64,000 nucleotides of DNA. It comes from Selaginella moellendorffii. Lineage: Eukaryota > Plantae > Lycopodiophyta. Below the pieces are notes generated by a model. That model saw only the letters and a list, made by a program, of their open reading frames with translations, was not told where the DNA came from and did no database searches. The stretch spans positions 2,505,728-2,569,727 of the forward strand of contig NW_003314272.1 in NCBI RefSeq assembly GCF_000143415.4. The letters run 5' to 3'. Both the position numbers and the translations under genes were made by a program. Of this stretch, positions 1 to 12,519 are shown piece by piece (the first letter of the stretch is position 1; every line of letters begins with the position of its first letter).

Positions 1-2403
1 AGCTGTGTGTCAGACAAGGCACGAACTCTCTATCTCTCCCTCGTACCTGCAGCTTTCCCAGATGCCAAGTCCCACAAATCCCGACCACTTCAATTATCTT
101 GTCGTGCATGAACTGCGGCCCAAACTCGTCTTCGTGCTCCTCTTCGTTCTGCCACAAGTCCACGCCGCCCATGTAGCTGCCGATGTTTGTGAACAAAACG
201 CCTTCCGTGTCCTGTCACGTTAAGAGACGAGGAGCTTCGACTTGCCAAAGAAACGCTCAAACAAACCTCTGGTATGATGATTTCCGAGCCGTCGACCTCG
301 ACACGGAGGTGCCAGGGGAGATCAGAGCAAGTTCTGTCCACGATGTCTTTCGCACCCTCCTTAGCATACAGCATTTTATTGAGGAACTGTACGTAAGAAC
401 ACAGCTTTAGACTTGATATCATAAACTACCAGGAGAGAGTACCTGATTGTAAAACTTTTCTGGATTCTCTTCACGAAGCATGTGGATATCTAGAGCCACT
501 TTTGCGTCGCACCCGATCCCTACATGGCAACCACCATCGTATTAGCAATACAAACGAAATGCAGTGAAGAGAACGTACCAAGGTAGTTATTCACGTACTT
601 CTCAGCCACAATCTCCTCTCCAGGCTTAGAGTAATTGTCAGAGATGCGAACAAGCCATCGATCAAGCATCGAAGCCGCTCCATGATCAACCTCGTGTAGC
701 ATGTTGTAAAGTCCACCTTGCCTTCCAACGGCAGCATATCCTCCCCCCCACGAAAGAACTCTGGCTAAGTCGTTCCCAGTTCCTATCGGCAAAATGGCTA
801 CGGGAGGAGGAGACTCGTAGTTACGTTTCTCAATCTCGTCCAAAACCCAGCCAACCGAGCCATCCCCGCCGCAAACCAGAATCCGAAAGTGCGCGAAGCC
901 TTTGAAAAACTCCAATCCCGCATCCGGTCCCTGAGCCTTACTAAGCTCAAACACCTGCATCAACCACGAGCAAGAACACATACGTAAGGCAAAAGGAAAA
1001 ACTCACTATCTAGCTGAAACGCATGCATAATGACCCTGAAAGAAGTAAAGAACGAGCCATACAACCTGTTCGTGCCAGCTGAACGTTCTGCCGCGTACGA
1101 AAAACCAGACTCAAGCATCCTGACTGTAACCCGACGCCCAGACTCACCCTGTTTATAGCAGTACCGAGTCAGTGTTCCTACGTTAACAATGCAATAAGCT
1201 CTGCACTTCTAAAAGCCGGCCGCGCAACGCAAACACCACACCAGCAGGCAAACTCAAGAAGACGTCGCGTACCTGGACGGGATTGAGCAGCATGTTTAAG
1301 TGTCGTCGAAGAGCCGTCCCATGCTGAGCTCCACTCTTGCGATTGATAAACACGAGCAAAGGCCTCGCATCCCCCGGAACTTCCACCAGCTGATACTTTT
1401 GCTTCGCCGAGGGACCGTGTACCACCTCCAGCTCGTTGTTGAGCTTTCCATTCGTCAACTCGTCAACTTCCTTAAGTTCTGCCGAGCTGGTTCGCATACT
1501 ATCTCCATCAGAAATCACTCCGTCGGTGGAGATCCTCGAAGCCTCGGAGGAGCTCGAAGCCAAAGCGTTTACATTTTCACTCGACCTCTTCCCCTTTTTC
1601 CTTCGTTTCCTGATCTGTCCACGCACGGACGAGGCCAGCTCGTTGGCTCCCTGAGTTATGGAGCTGATAAGCCCGACCATCCTCTTCCCGGTATCTTTCA
1701 CCCACAGCGGCGAGACGATCAACCTCTTGTGCATCCCAAGATCACAGAGCTCACTCGAGTTTCTCGAGTGGACGGAGTGGCAATCCACATGAACTAGGCG
1801 CTGACACCACATACACCGCCAGATCGCGCTTCCACCCAAGAACGACGCGTTGCAAGGCTCGTCACAGTGCATGCAGTAGGCCCTGTCCTCTGGGATATCA
1901 TCCACGTCCATCCACCTCTCGACCCACTGGTGGAGCAAACTGGAAGAGGACCCGGCCATGGCGACGCTCTTGCAATCCTTGGCCGCGCTCTTGGAGCAGC
2001 CCAGATGCGATGCCACGCCGCAGACGAGGCAGCGGTGGAGCGAGTAGACCGCGCCGGAGGAGACCGAGGAGAGGGATTGCGAGGGAGTGATGGCATCGAG
2101 GCAGACGAAGCACGTCGATGGCCGCGGCCGCGAGCTGCTGGATTCCTGGCTCCAGATGTGCGCGGTGCTTGGCGCCCTGACCCTGCCCCTGGATCGCCGC
2201 TTGGCGTGAGCTGCGGCCTTCATCCACTGGATAGCCAGCTTGCGCTGCCACTGGATCGCAACGTAGACGAAAAAGCCCGCCAGGAGGAGCGTGGCGACGA
2301 GCCAAGAAACCGCGGGGAGGATCGACTCGCCGGGCCGCGCGAGCGATGGGAGAGTGAGGCGAGGGAGGAAGTAGATCGGCGCGGCGCCATCGTCCTCCTC
2401 CAT
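1..2403 (-). CDS. DGK1: Diacylglycerol kinase, plant cluster I (DGK1/2-like); multi-exon, 3' end runs off the window
   Basis: ORF 1183-2403 has an N-terminal TM helix, two C1 domains and [11 protein letters not shown]. The next exon has the catalytic CGGDGSVGW and PIGTGNDL motifs; further exons give NNYLG and [13 protein letters not shown]. Confidence 0.92.
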
Positions 2404-2636
2404 CGCGCAATGCCCGCAAACCCTAATTCCTGACCCTGGAAGAAAGAGAAAGAGGCCACGTCACTGCCTACAAAATAAATTCTTCCAAAAAGAATATGCT
2501 CCCAGGAGAGCCATTTTTTAGGGTTTTGGCGAGAAGACAATGCGTGGCGCTGCCGCGCAGATCTGAGGCGCTGAGCTGAATCCGCCGGCGTCGCGCTCCC
2601 GAGATCTCTCGTCGGCGCCTCCGGATCGAGGTAAAG
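2404..2636. promoter_or_regulatory. Bidirectional promoter between DGK and VPS45, with telo-boxes
   Basis: Divergent ATGs are about 233 bp apart; AAACCCTAA near 2418 and TTAGGGTTT near 2518. Confidence 0.55.
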
Positions 2637-4986
2637 ATGGTTTTGGTGGCGGCGGTGCGGGATTATGTGAGCAAGATGCTGAGCGACATTGCGGGGATGA
2701 AGGTGTTTGTCCTCGACGCGCAAACGGTATGGCTTGCGGATTTTGTTTTGCTGGTTTGTTTTTTTTTTTGTTCTTTTTAGTGTTCCTTTCATTTCGTTGT
2801 TCCCTTCCTGCAGCTAGCAATTGTGAGCGTTGCTACAAGCCAGTCTGAATTGCTCCAGAAAGAAGTTTTCCTCGTGGAAAAGGCTGAAAGCACGTCTTCG
2901 GAGCCCATGACTCACTTGAAAGCAGTATGCTTTCTACGGCCAACAGCAGAAAATATGCAAAACTTGAAGGAGATCCTCGGCCAACCACGCTTTGGAGAAT
3001 ACCATCTATGTAAGTTCTTCTCTCTTTCTCTTTGAGCGTCTTATGATGATTCTTGTTTTAGTTTTCTCAAACATCCTCAAGACAAATTTCGTCCAAAACC
3101 TCGCGGATTTTGACCAGCATGAGGCAGTGCAGCAGGTCCAGGTGAGATTTTACTCACGCGCTCTTTTAGTAGTTCTTACGAATGCATTCTCACAGGAGCG
3201 ATAAACTTTGCAGGAGTTCTATGCCGATTTTATTGCCCTCGATCCATACCATTTTACTCTCAACACACCTTCTAATCATCTCTACATGGTACCTCTGCTA
3301 TTTGATCCTACCAAAATTCAGCCGCTCTGCGAGAGAATAATAGAAGGCGTGTCGTCTGTGTTTCTAGCTTTAAAGAAACGTCCTGTTATTCGCTATTCTC
3401 GCAACTCTGAGATTGCCAGACGGATTGCTCAAGACGCAGCCGTAAGAATAGATATTTGTTTTTCTCTGACCAGATGATCGAGCCTACGCTGTTTTGCAGA
3501 GGCTAATGTATGAACAAGAAGCCGCATTATTTGATTTTAGACGAACGGAGGTTCTGCCACTACTTTTGATAATCGACAGAAGGGACGACCCTGTGACGCC
3601 TCTTCTAAATCAATGGACTTACCAGGTCTTAATATTCTTTTATCATTTCTTTTTCGCTCATTTTTTTTTTTTTCCAGGCCATGGTGCACGAGCTGATTGG
3701 AATACAGGATAACAAAGTGGATTTGAGAGAATACTCACGAGTTCCCAAGGACCAGCAAGTAAGGAGCTCACTTTGGTTCATGTTTTTAAATTTCCTACGC
3801 AGGAGGTGGTACTATCTTCTGAGCAAGATCCATTTTTTAGGAGCAATATGTTCGAAAACTTTGGTGATCTCGGGATGAACGTGAAGAAGATGGTGGACAC
3901 TTTCCAATCCCAGCATAAAAGCAATCAAAATATACAGTCTCTAGGTTCGTTTTCTCTCTGTTTTTGCGCTTTCTGTCTTGGGCTAATTCTAGAATACTAC
4001 AGAGGATATGGCGAGATTCGTTGAAAATTATCCCGAGTTTCGGAAAATGCAAGGCAATGTTTCAAAGCACGTAGCTCTTATGACTGAAATGAGCAGACTT
4101 GTGGATGAGCGGAAGTTGATGTCAGTTTCTCAAGCTGAGCAAGAGTTAGCTTGTCATTCAAGCCAGGCTGCAGCATTGGATGTAAGTGCCCTCCACCTTA
4201 CACTCTCGTTTTTGTTTTTGTCTGCTTCACTAATTTTTTTAAACGATTTGTAGGAGCTAAATGTCCAATGGGAGCTACCAGGCGTGACCGATGACGAAAA
4301 GCTGCGGCTGGCTATGCTCTACGCCTTGCGGTACGAGAGAGAGAACCCACAGCAGCTGCAAGAACTGGTGGACAGGCTGAATGCGGGACGTAGCAAATAC
4401 AACTCCAACGTAAGGACGCTCTCTTTTACAGTTTCTGGATAGTAACATCAAACGATTGGATGCAGCTGCTATATTCCCTCTTAAAGCAAGCGGGTGAAGA
4501 AAAACGCACAGGAGATCTTTTCAGCAACCGGGATCTCTTCAATAGAGCTCGGACAATGGCTCGTGGATTGAAGGTAGCAAATCATTTGAGCAACTGAAGG
4601 AACGCTAAAGTGTTGTGGCTTGCAGGGAGTCGAGAATGTATATACGCAGCACCAACCTTTAGTCTTCCATTTGATTGAGAGCATCGCCAAGGGGCGACTC
4701 AAGGACGCAGATTACCCGTTCGTCGGTAACCACGCTCAGCAAGGCAAGCCACAGGACGTGGTGATTTTCATCATCGGCGGTACTACGTACGCCGAGTCTC
4801 GAGTTGTTGCTCTCCAAAACGCTGCCAATCCAGGGACTCGCGTCCTCCTTGGGGGCACCGTGGTGCACAACTCAAAAAGGTAGACCCAGGCTTGCCGAGC
4901 GAATTAAGAACTTACTCCTGTTTGGTTCCAGTTTCTTGAGAGACTTGGAGGAAGTCCAGAGAGTTGGCCGCGCCAGCATCTACTAA
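2637..4986 (+). CDS. VPS45: Vacuolar protein sorting 45 (Sec1/Munc18 family), multi-exon
   Basis: ATG 2637 [27 protein letters not shown]. Exons contain [43 protein letters not shown] and [10 protein letters not shown]. Short GT-AG introns. Confidence 0.96.
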
Positions 4987-5603
4987 CAGGAGAGGTAACG
5001 AATAAGTTTTGCTTCATTCCTTGGAAGTGTAGTCCTCAAGCAAGCGCCCCTAGTGTATAACACTTCCATATTACCACGCTGGAGTCATTTCCTCGAATAG
5101 TATAACTAAAGGTTGTTCATCTAATTAACCTTTTTCATATATACAAAACTATGGCAAAACTAAATCCAAGTTAAAATATAAAGTTTCGTGATAATGCTCG
5201 AATATACCCACCATTCAGGATACAAGCGTCTCAATTCTGTTGCAACGTGATTAATCTAGAGAACCTTCATCCCCTACTCTGCTATCCATAACACCCAAAA
5301 GGAGTCTCTCTCTGACAAGAAATTTCATAGTGTACTTGTTTTGCCAGCATCAACCAAGAACCAGAGGTCTGTATACTGCTCCAAGAAGGCCAAGGAGGTG
5401 GGAAGCTCCAATAAGCAATTGAAGCCCACCACTGGAGCTGCTGGAGATGCCGCTGCTGCCTCCATGAAGGGGAATGATGAAGATCAAGGGGGACCTTATG
5501 CTCATAACACTTTTAATTGAAGAAGAATTCTGTTCTTTGCACTATTTAATGAAACTAAAGATGTAATTTGTTTTATAATAAAATTTGTAAGGTAATTTTA
5601 ACA

Positions 5604-5686
5604 CACCCAGCATCATCAGTCACACTAAAGGCTTGTGTAGGACAGGCAGGGTTGACAAGGCTCACCACATTTTCAAAGAGATGGTT
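5604..5686 (+). pseudogene. Isolated PPR-motif fragment
   Basis: Translates to TPSIISHTKGLCRTGRVDKAHHIFKEMV, one degenerate P-type PPR repeat with no surrounding ORF. Confidence 0.45.
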
Positions 5687-6740
5687 ATATTAATATATTT
5701 AGAAATCTCAATTTTGCTTTTGTTAATTCTTTTGGTTTGCTTAGGGGGATTGAGATAGTAGTGGATATACTTAAAATATGCTTGGATATTCTAGAATATT
5801 CTACCATCTAATGGTTGTTATTCATTTAGATTAATTTTGTATTTATAATTTATAAACTTTCTCAAAGTATATTCTTTTTTATTCTATCATCTAATGGTTG
5901 ATATGCAATAAGATTAATCTTGTGTTTATAAATTACAAACATGCTTATAATTATAAACTTTATTGAATCAACTGGATTAATAACAAATTTAGGGAAAATC
6001 CAACCATAAAAAGCATGGGGTGGTAAATGCTGCAAGAATTAAACTACTACATAAGGATCTACAGGAGGAATATTTTTTGAGGTGGGAAAGTTGGTACTAA
6101 GAGTTGCAAGCATTACCATCAGAGACATGGGGACAAGTTGTGTAGGCCATGGAGATTGGCTTGGTGGGAGATAGCCTTCCCAACCTTTATTAGTTGGATC
6201 CTATGATGGAGCTCCTGCTAAAATGATGTCAACTTTCCCTACAACATTCAAAGCTTGGTCATTGTTTGTTGGGAAGGTTAAAGCAAACACAACACCACAA
6301 GATCAATGCAACAGTGGAGACACTAGAAGGCTACACTTTTTAATTGCACTGAGAAGCAGCCTCCAACCCTAGACACCATTCATCTTCCTAATTTTGAAGA
6401 GTGTAATATGCTATAGTGCACATGGTTTTGACTTTTTATCCTTTGATGATTTACCATAGGATAACCAGAAAGCGGAACCTAAACCCTCTTTGTGCCACGT
6501 GACATATGCCACGTGTCACATGCCATGTATCCATAGAACAGTGGTGTGGAACCTGAGGTTCAAGACCTTGGGCCACTAAACACCTAAGGTTCAAAACCTT
6601 GGGCCACTAAACGAAGGAACGGTGCCAAACCCCAGTTAAACGCGAGGACATAGGTACTCCACTAGCTAGTATGGTGTGGAGTTTGGGCTTAGACTCAAGC
6701 TGAATGTAGAACAAAGATAGGCACGCAAGCGAGAGCTAAA

Positions 6741-6927
6741 TGTAAGCTCTTAAGTTTGGACTTCCCAGGAGGTCACCCAACCCAGTACTATTCAAACCCA
6801 AGGACACTTAACCCCAAGTATCCCAAGACCCTTAACCGATTGAAGTACACTCTTATTTATGGGCCCTTTCCCTCTATATTTAAACCCCATGGACCGTCTC
6901 TCGAGTCATTCCCTTTGATTGCTTACA
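6741..6927 (-). mobile_element. Cassandra-type TRIM solo LTR carrying a 5S rRNA-derived A-box/IE/C-box segment
   Basis: TGTAAGC...GCTTACA inverted termini and 5-bp TSD CTAAA. Rev-comp of about 6756-6812 reads GTTAAGTGTCCTTGGGTTTGAATAGTACTGGGTTGGGTGACCTCCTGGGAAGTCC, matching the plant 5S internal control region. The other LTR has the empty site (about 21498). Confidence 0.88.
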
Positions 6928-7304
6928 CTAAACTATATCTCAAATTAGTTAACCATGCCCAACCTACCCACTATCCTTACTATACATTTGGAACCAAGGA
7001 GTGCCAAACCCCCAAGCATGGAGCCAAGGAGTGTTGGAACTGGACCACGGAGCAACTCTCGAGCATATAGCCCAAGGAGCGAAGGGACAATAGCCCGGAG
7101 TGACTTGGAACAGTCCTAGAGCAACTAGCATCCCAATGCCAGAATTAGTACGCAAAACGGAGCCAAATAGAGTTTGGTACTATTTTAGCATACTGGTGGC
7201 CTAACGTGAGGACATGGGTACTCCACCAGCTAGTATGGTGTGGAGTTTGGGCTTAGACCCAAGCCAAACATAGAACAAAGATAAACACGCAAGCGGGAGC
7301 TAAA

Positions 7305-7435
7305 TGTAAGCTCCCCAAGTATCCCAAGACCCTTAACCGATTGGAAAAAAGGGTACATTCTTATTCATGGGCCCTTTCCCTCTATATTTAAACCCCATGG
7401 ACCGTCTCTCAAGTCATTCCTTTTGATTGCTTACA
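7305..7435 (-). mobile_element. Second Cassandra solo-LTR copy lacking the 5S segment
   Basis: Same termini and flanks as 6741-6927, but the 63 bp equivalent to 6749-6811 are missing. Confidence 0.82.
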
Positions 7436-10400
7436 CGAAACTATATCTCAAGTTAGTTAACCATGCCTAACCTACCCACTATCCTTACTATACATTTGGA
7501 AACCCGCCCCCCCCCCCCCGTCCTTGAGGAACACACGCTTTGGGCTTTCACCCCAAGCCTCCCTTAGTCTCAAGAGTTAATCTCTATGACAAGCTTGAAA
7601 CTTACTAAATATGGAATGGTGCTAGATTGCGAATTTGGATATGGGACGAACACTATTGTGTTTAGGACAATTTCTACATTCCGTAGATATACCAAATGAG
7701 CAAATCTAGACACTTTCCATAAATAGCATTTGGGATTGAAATAAGATTAACACAAAGGGTATGATAGCGAGGGTGTATGGCAGACACAGTAAGCTATCAT
7801 TTAACGATATTAAGGGACCAAACTCAATATTGCGGGGGTTCCCAACACTAGCAAGTGCAAGTCAACAACATGAGTTTCTCGTCACCATGCCAAGTATGCT
7901 TGACTAAATAACAATGTAGGATTTCCTTCCTTAGTGCCCTTTCGGTCTTAGTGCACGTGTGATGATCAATTTCTCAACTAGCTTAGACGGAGACTGATAA
8001 CGGGTCTAGCAATACCGACTTCCTGCCATCGTGGCAGTAAAGAAAGAGTGTCCGTAAGGACTGGCCGACAGGTAACTTTTGATACCCGAAGTCACATTCG
8101 CGACACTCTCCCCCCTTAGGGAAGATTGACATCCTCGTCGGTGCATACTCAAGTTTAGAATACCACCAAGGAAACAACTCCAGAAAAAGTTCACGGTATT
8201 CACACTATGTGAGAAATGCACCAACTTAAATGAGTTAAGAGGCAACCTCTTTGTCTAAATCGGATGTACTACCAGCTTAGACACCTTTTAGCCGTCGCTG
8301 ACAAGGAAATGACCAATAGAGTCAGCCACCCTTGCTGCTTTGGGTGTCACCCAACTTACAAAAGTGTGATATGCCCTTGCCCGCAAGGACATAGAGAGAG
8401 AAGCTAGAGGCCTCAACCCTCATGAGCAAAGAAACTAAACCTGTCGGTAAGGTTTAGATAGACTATTGTAAATATGTAGTTAGAGTTGTTTACACGGTCA
8501 CGCCCTTTTACCATACGAGGGTTATGCATTTGCAAACAATGTGCCTGTTCCCGAAGTTGAGGTACGTAAGGTATATTGTGAGGAATGGAGTTATGATACG
8601 GAACAAGGAATATCGACAGAGAGGCAGGTGATGTGACCAGTCGATAGTAGTTACCCCATGACTAAAGATTTCACCATGCACACAAAGTGCTGAAGCTAGT
8701 CCGCCTATACTGGCCCAAACTCAAAGATCAATATATGGATTATATCAAAGTCATAAACAATAATATCTTAGAGATTTAATTATTAGTGAATAAATCTTAG
8801 ATTAGAACACAAAAGTATTCCAAGTAAGTTATCATCCAATAAACCAGTATTACAGTATATGAACCACCAAGATCACTATCATTAGAAAACATAGGATTCA
8901 CTATCCAACAAAATTTAATAGCAAGTATATCATCAAGTAAACTCAATAAGAAAACTTAACTACCGAAGATTGTAGACAGTATGTCAAAGAACTTACCAAA
9001 GATAACTCAAAAAAACACAAAGTATTATTGACTAGCAAGCAAGATGCTCGCGAACGTATCACCCAAAGGAAATAACATTTCAACCTATCAGAACTAACTC
9101 AAGCAATAATTAATAAAACAGAATGAATATGGCAAGACTAACAAACACTCGTTCATGCTAACTATCGCACTAGCCAGTCTCAATAGATTTTGGTCAATAA
9201 TACCAAGGAACATAAATTGCCTAAGCAAGTGTCAGCAACATCCTATTGATGTCTCAAACCCAAGAGACCAATCCAAAGCAAACCACAAAGAACATATGGT
9301 AATGCGAAAAGCCAAAAGCCATCAAAGAGAATAACTAACCATTATGAAAGATCATCAATCATCCCATTAATAGAGAGATGCATAATCATCATGAAAGAAG
9401 AAATCCACCATTTTAAAGAATGGCAAATCATTCTATATCAACGATAATCAAGCAAAACCTTTAACAAAGATAATCAATTATCCTATATGATAATCAATCA
9501 TCACCAATGATTGCTAAATGCAAAAGCTAACTTCAATATTGAAGCTATGGGCTAAAAATGCCTTCCCCCAACAACTCCGAATAAATAGAACAATGAACAT
9601 GAAAACTCAAGAAACCAAAAGTTTGAAGAAGTCTATAACTAAGTCTTGCCTAATAATGATAACGAGTTTTGCATGAACTAACTTCAATGCTAAAGAAGAA
9701 ATTATGGTACAACCATTAATATCCTCCTCAACACATCCATAAGCTAAACTTCATAATGCAAAGCTAATGAAGAGCATGTTTGCATCAATCCAAAAGCCAA
9801 ACATAATGAAGTTATACTCAACAAGTGATCATTAAATGATCCTCCATGAATCCATGTATAGCAAGATGTAATTCACTAAAGAACAAGCATAAGAAAATCA
9901 TCAATGATTGATATATCCCAAACTCAAATCCAATAAAGACTCAAACATTTCAATATCAATCACTAACTCTTCGTCTTATAAAGCTAGTATAGTCCACTAT
10001 TAAATCATCTTTCAAGAAAAAGCTAAAGCTTAACCCTTACTAAGTAATCTCATCTAGAACACAACTAACTCAACTTGCCACTCAGTTCATTTAAACGTCA
10101 ATACAGTTGCCAACTAGCAAATACATGAATGCCAATAACATAAAGCTATAACCTAAACATCAACAATCTTTGCATTGAGACTAATGAAACTCAATATCAA
10201 TCCTACAGAGAGACATTTCATCCTACTTAAATCTCAATACCAACAATGTAAATGACAAGGCATCACTTCAATACCATTAACACCAGAATAAAGCTAAAAA
10301 AAAGAAAAAGTGAATCACCACTAAAAGCTCTCTAGCAACTAAGCTAACCAAAATCGAAGATACTATACTTAGTATCCGAGACCAATCCTTCAACAATACT

Positions 10401-12519
10401 CAGTTACAAATAACACATCATCAAGGAATGATTCACCATGTCCAAGACTCAATGAAATCCAACATTATAGACTAAACGCAACCAAATGATATTGATAAAG
10501 GTAAAGTCACCATGCCAACATGGAAAACCCATGTAAGTCTAATGACACGATCTTCTGCAACACCATTTGGCAAAGCAAGCCCATCACTGCTAAATCATCA
10601 TCAAATGAAGCAAGTGTCAACAGTTCTGAGCAAAGTCTATAAGTAATCACTAGTTGCTAAGCAACTAACAATCACTCTTCAACTTGCCTTCACAAGACTC
10701 GAACACCAAACTCATGTCATTGAGTTACATATTTGTCCAACATGAATATAATACCCCAGGTACAAGGTAATGGTTCATGGACAAGCACCAACCAAATGAC
10801 CACTCGAATTCAACTCAACCACGATAAGCTCACCAACACATCTAGTCAATAGCTCTGAGCATGCCTTGAAGAGGCTAGCTATCCATGATCAACTCTTAGT
10901 CGAAACTAAAGTGAAGACTATGAGATGGACTCATATCGATACACAACCTCCTCATAGACAAAGCTATAGTATGGGTACTAACATCTTAAACTCAACAACT
11001 AAATTGGACATCACCTTTCTCAGCCAAAGCACAAAGTTACCAAAACTAAGTCAAAATCAGTGAGAGCTCACTACCCTCATAGAGTTTAACAAAATGCAAA
11101 GTGCAATCTGCCACCAAGCAAAATGCTATAGAAGAAAGGCACAAGGGTCACCCTTCTTAGAAAAGTGCAATGGCCACTTTTTTACACCAACTCCAGACTC
11201 TATCCAACTCAATTATTTTAGCCCCAAAAGTTAGCATCTAATTCGTACTAGCTTTCGAAAATGGAATGGTTTTCGAGCAAAGTGACCAACAGATCAGCTA
11301 TTGGAAAAGCTTAGGAAAATTTGTGGAAAGTTTTTATCCTAGAGAAAGAATGACTCTTAGTCCAGGAATGCAAACTTTCAAGACTCAACCAACTTCCTCC
11401 TACAAACAACTTCACATAGGTTCATCTCAACATAAATTCTCATGATCCAACAATATGCTTAAGCATCTAACATCTTTGCCCATTTTTCCAACATCTAATA
11501 CCGACATCCGCAAAATGCAAAGTGAACATCCAAGGCTTGATCACGAAGACCACATCTCTAGATATCCACTTTGCACTAACACTCTTCTTCAACCATCTTC
11601 AAGATCTAATGTGAAGCCAAAACACTAACAAAAAAAATGATATAGAAAATCAAGCTCTAAGGAAAATTCCTCATCACTCGAATCAACAATGCCACTTCCA
11701 CTAACACAAGTGCTAGTGATGTCAATGCCCCAACTACACATTTTCTCCACCCAACAATCTACTCCAAGTACTAACGGATCAACTAACGAGTTATAGCAAA
11801 TGAATGCTACAACCCTTTTCCAACACCTTAATGGGCAAACTCAAAGAAACAAGGTACCAACTTAAGCTTAGCATAATGGACCACCATCGAAAATCTAGTC
11901 AAAGCTACTACAATGCTACTTCGTGCAAATAGACTAGCTTCACTATCAACCACTTTGGGGTTAATCATCATTTAACTAAGCAACTTAGTAAACACATTGC
12001 TCATTATCACATGGATATGATATAAAATCACAATGACTTGATCATCAATTGAGCAACACTATGAGCAATGCCTATGTCACTACTACAAGGTTTATGTAAG
12101 TATCAAGTGCCAACTCAATTCAACAAAATGCAACACAAATGCCACACTTCACCGATAGAGATTTACAACACCCAATACCCCTAACTTTTGTTCACAACAC
12201 GGACAAGCTCATGCCACTCTCTTTCTGACCAATCTCAAAACTAATCCAACACCAAGCTACACAAGGAGCAATAGCAAAGTTCCCTAGAAAAGAATTGAGC
12301 ATTGCAACTCAAGTCTTCCAATAGCAAGCCTAGATAAAATGGTTTAGCGTTTTATCACTATCCATCCCATAACTCACCACTTGTAAAACTATCACTTCCA
12401 ACATGCATCAAGGTAGGGACTCTTGATTGCATATTGTGAACATGAGCAATGAGTCACTATTCGTTGCAAATCATCCCTCCAAGAAGAGAAAATGATTTAC
12501 ATGTTTGATCTTACATGAT

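Larger units (their letters stand above)
6412..8105 (-). repeat. 3' LTR of the Copia element, enlarged by an internal duplication and Cassandra insertions
   Basis: Collinear with 21034-22164 but about 560 bp longer; about 6636-6995 is repeated at about 7200-7503. Confidence 0.85.

Noticed and set aside
6756-6812. 5S rRNA gene
   Set aside because: Only the internal control region is present, inside a TG...CA LTR with a TSD; the 5' and 3' parts of 5S are missing.
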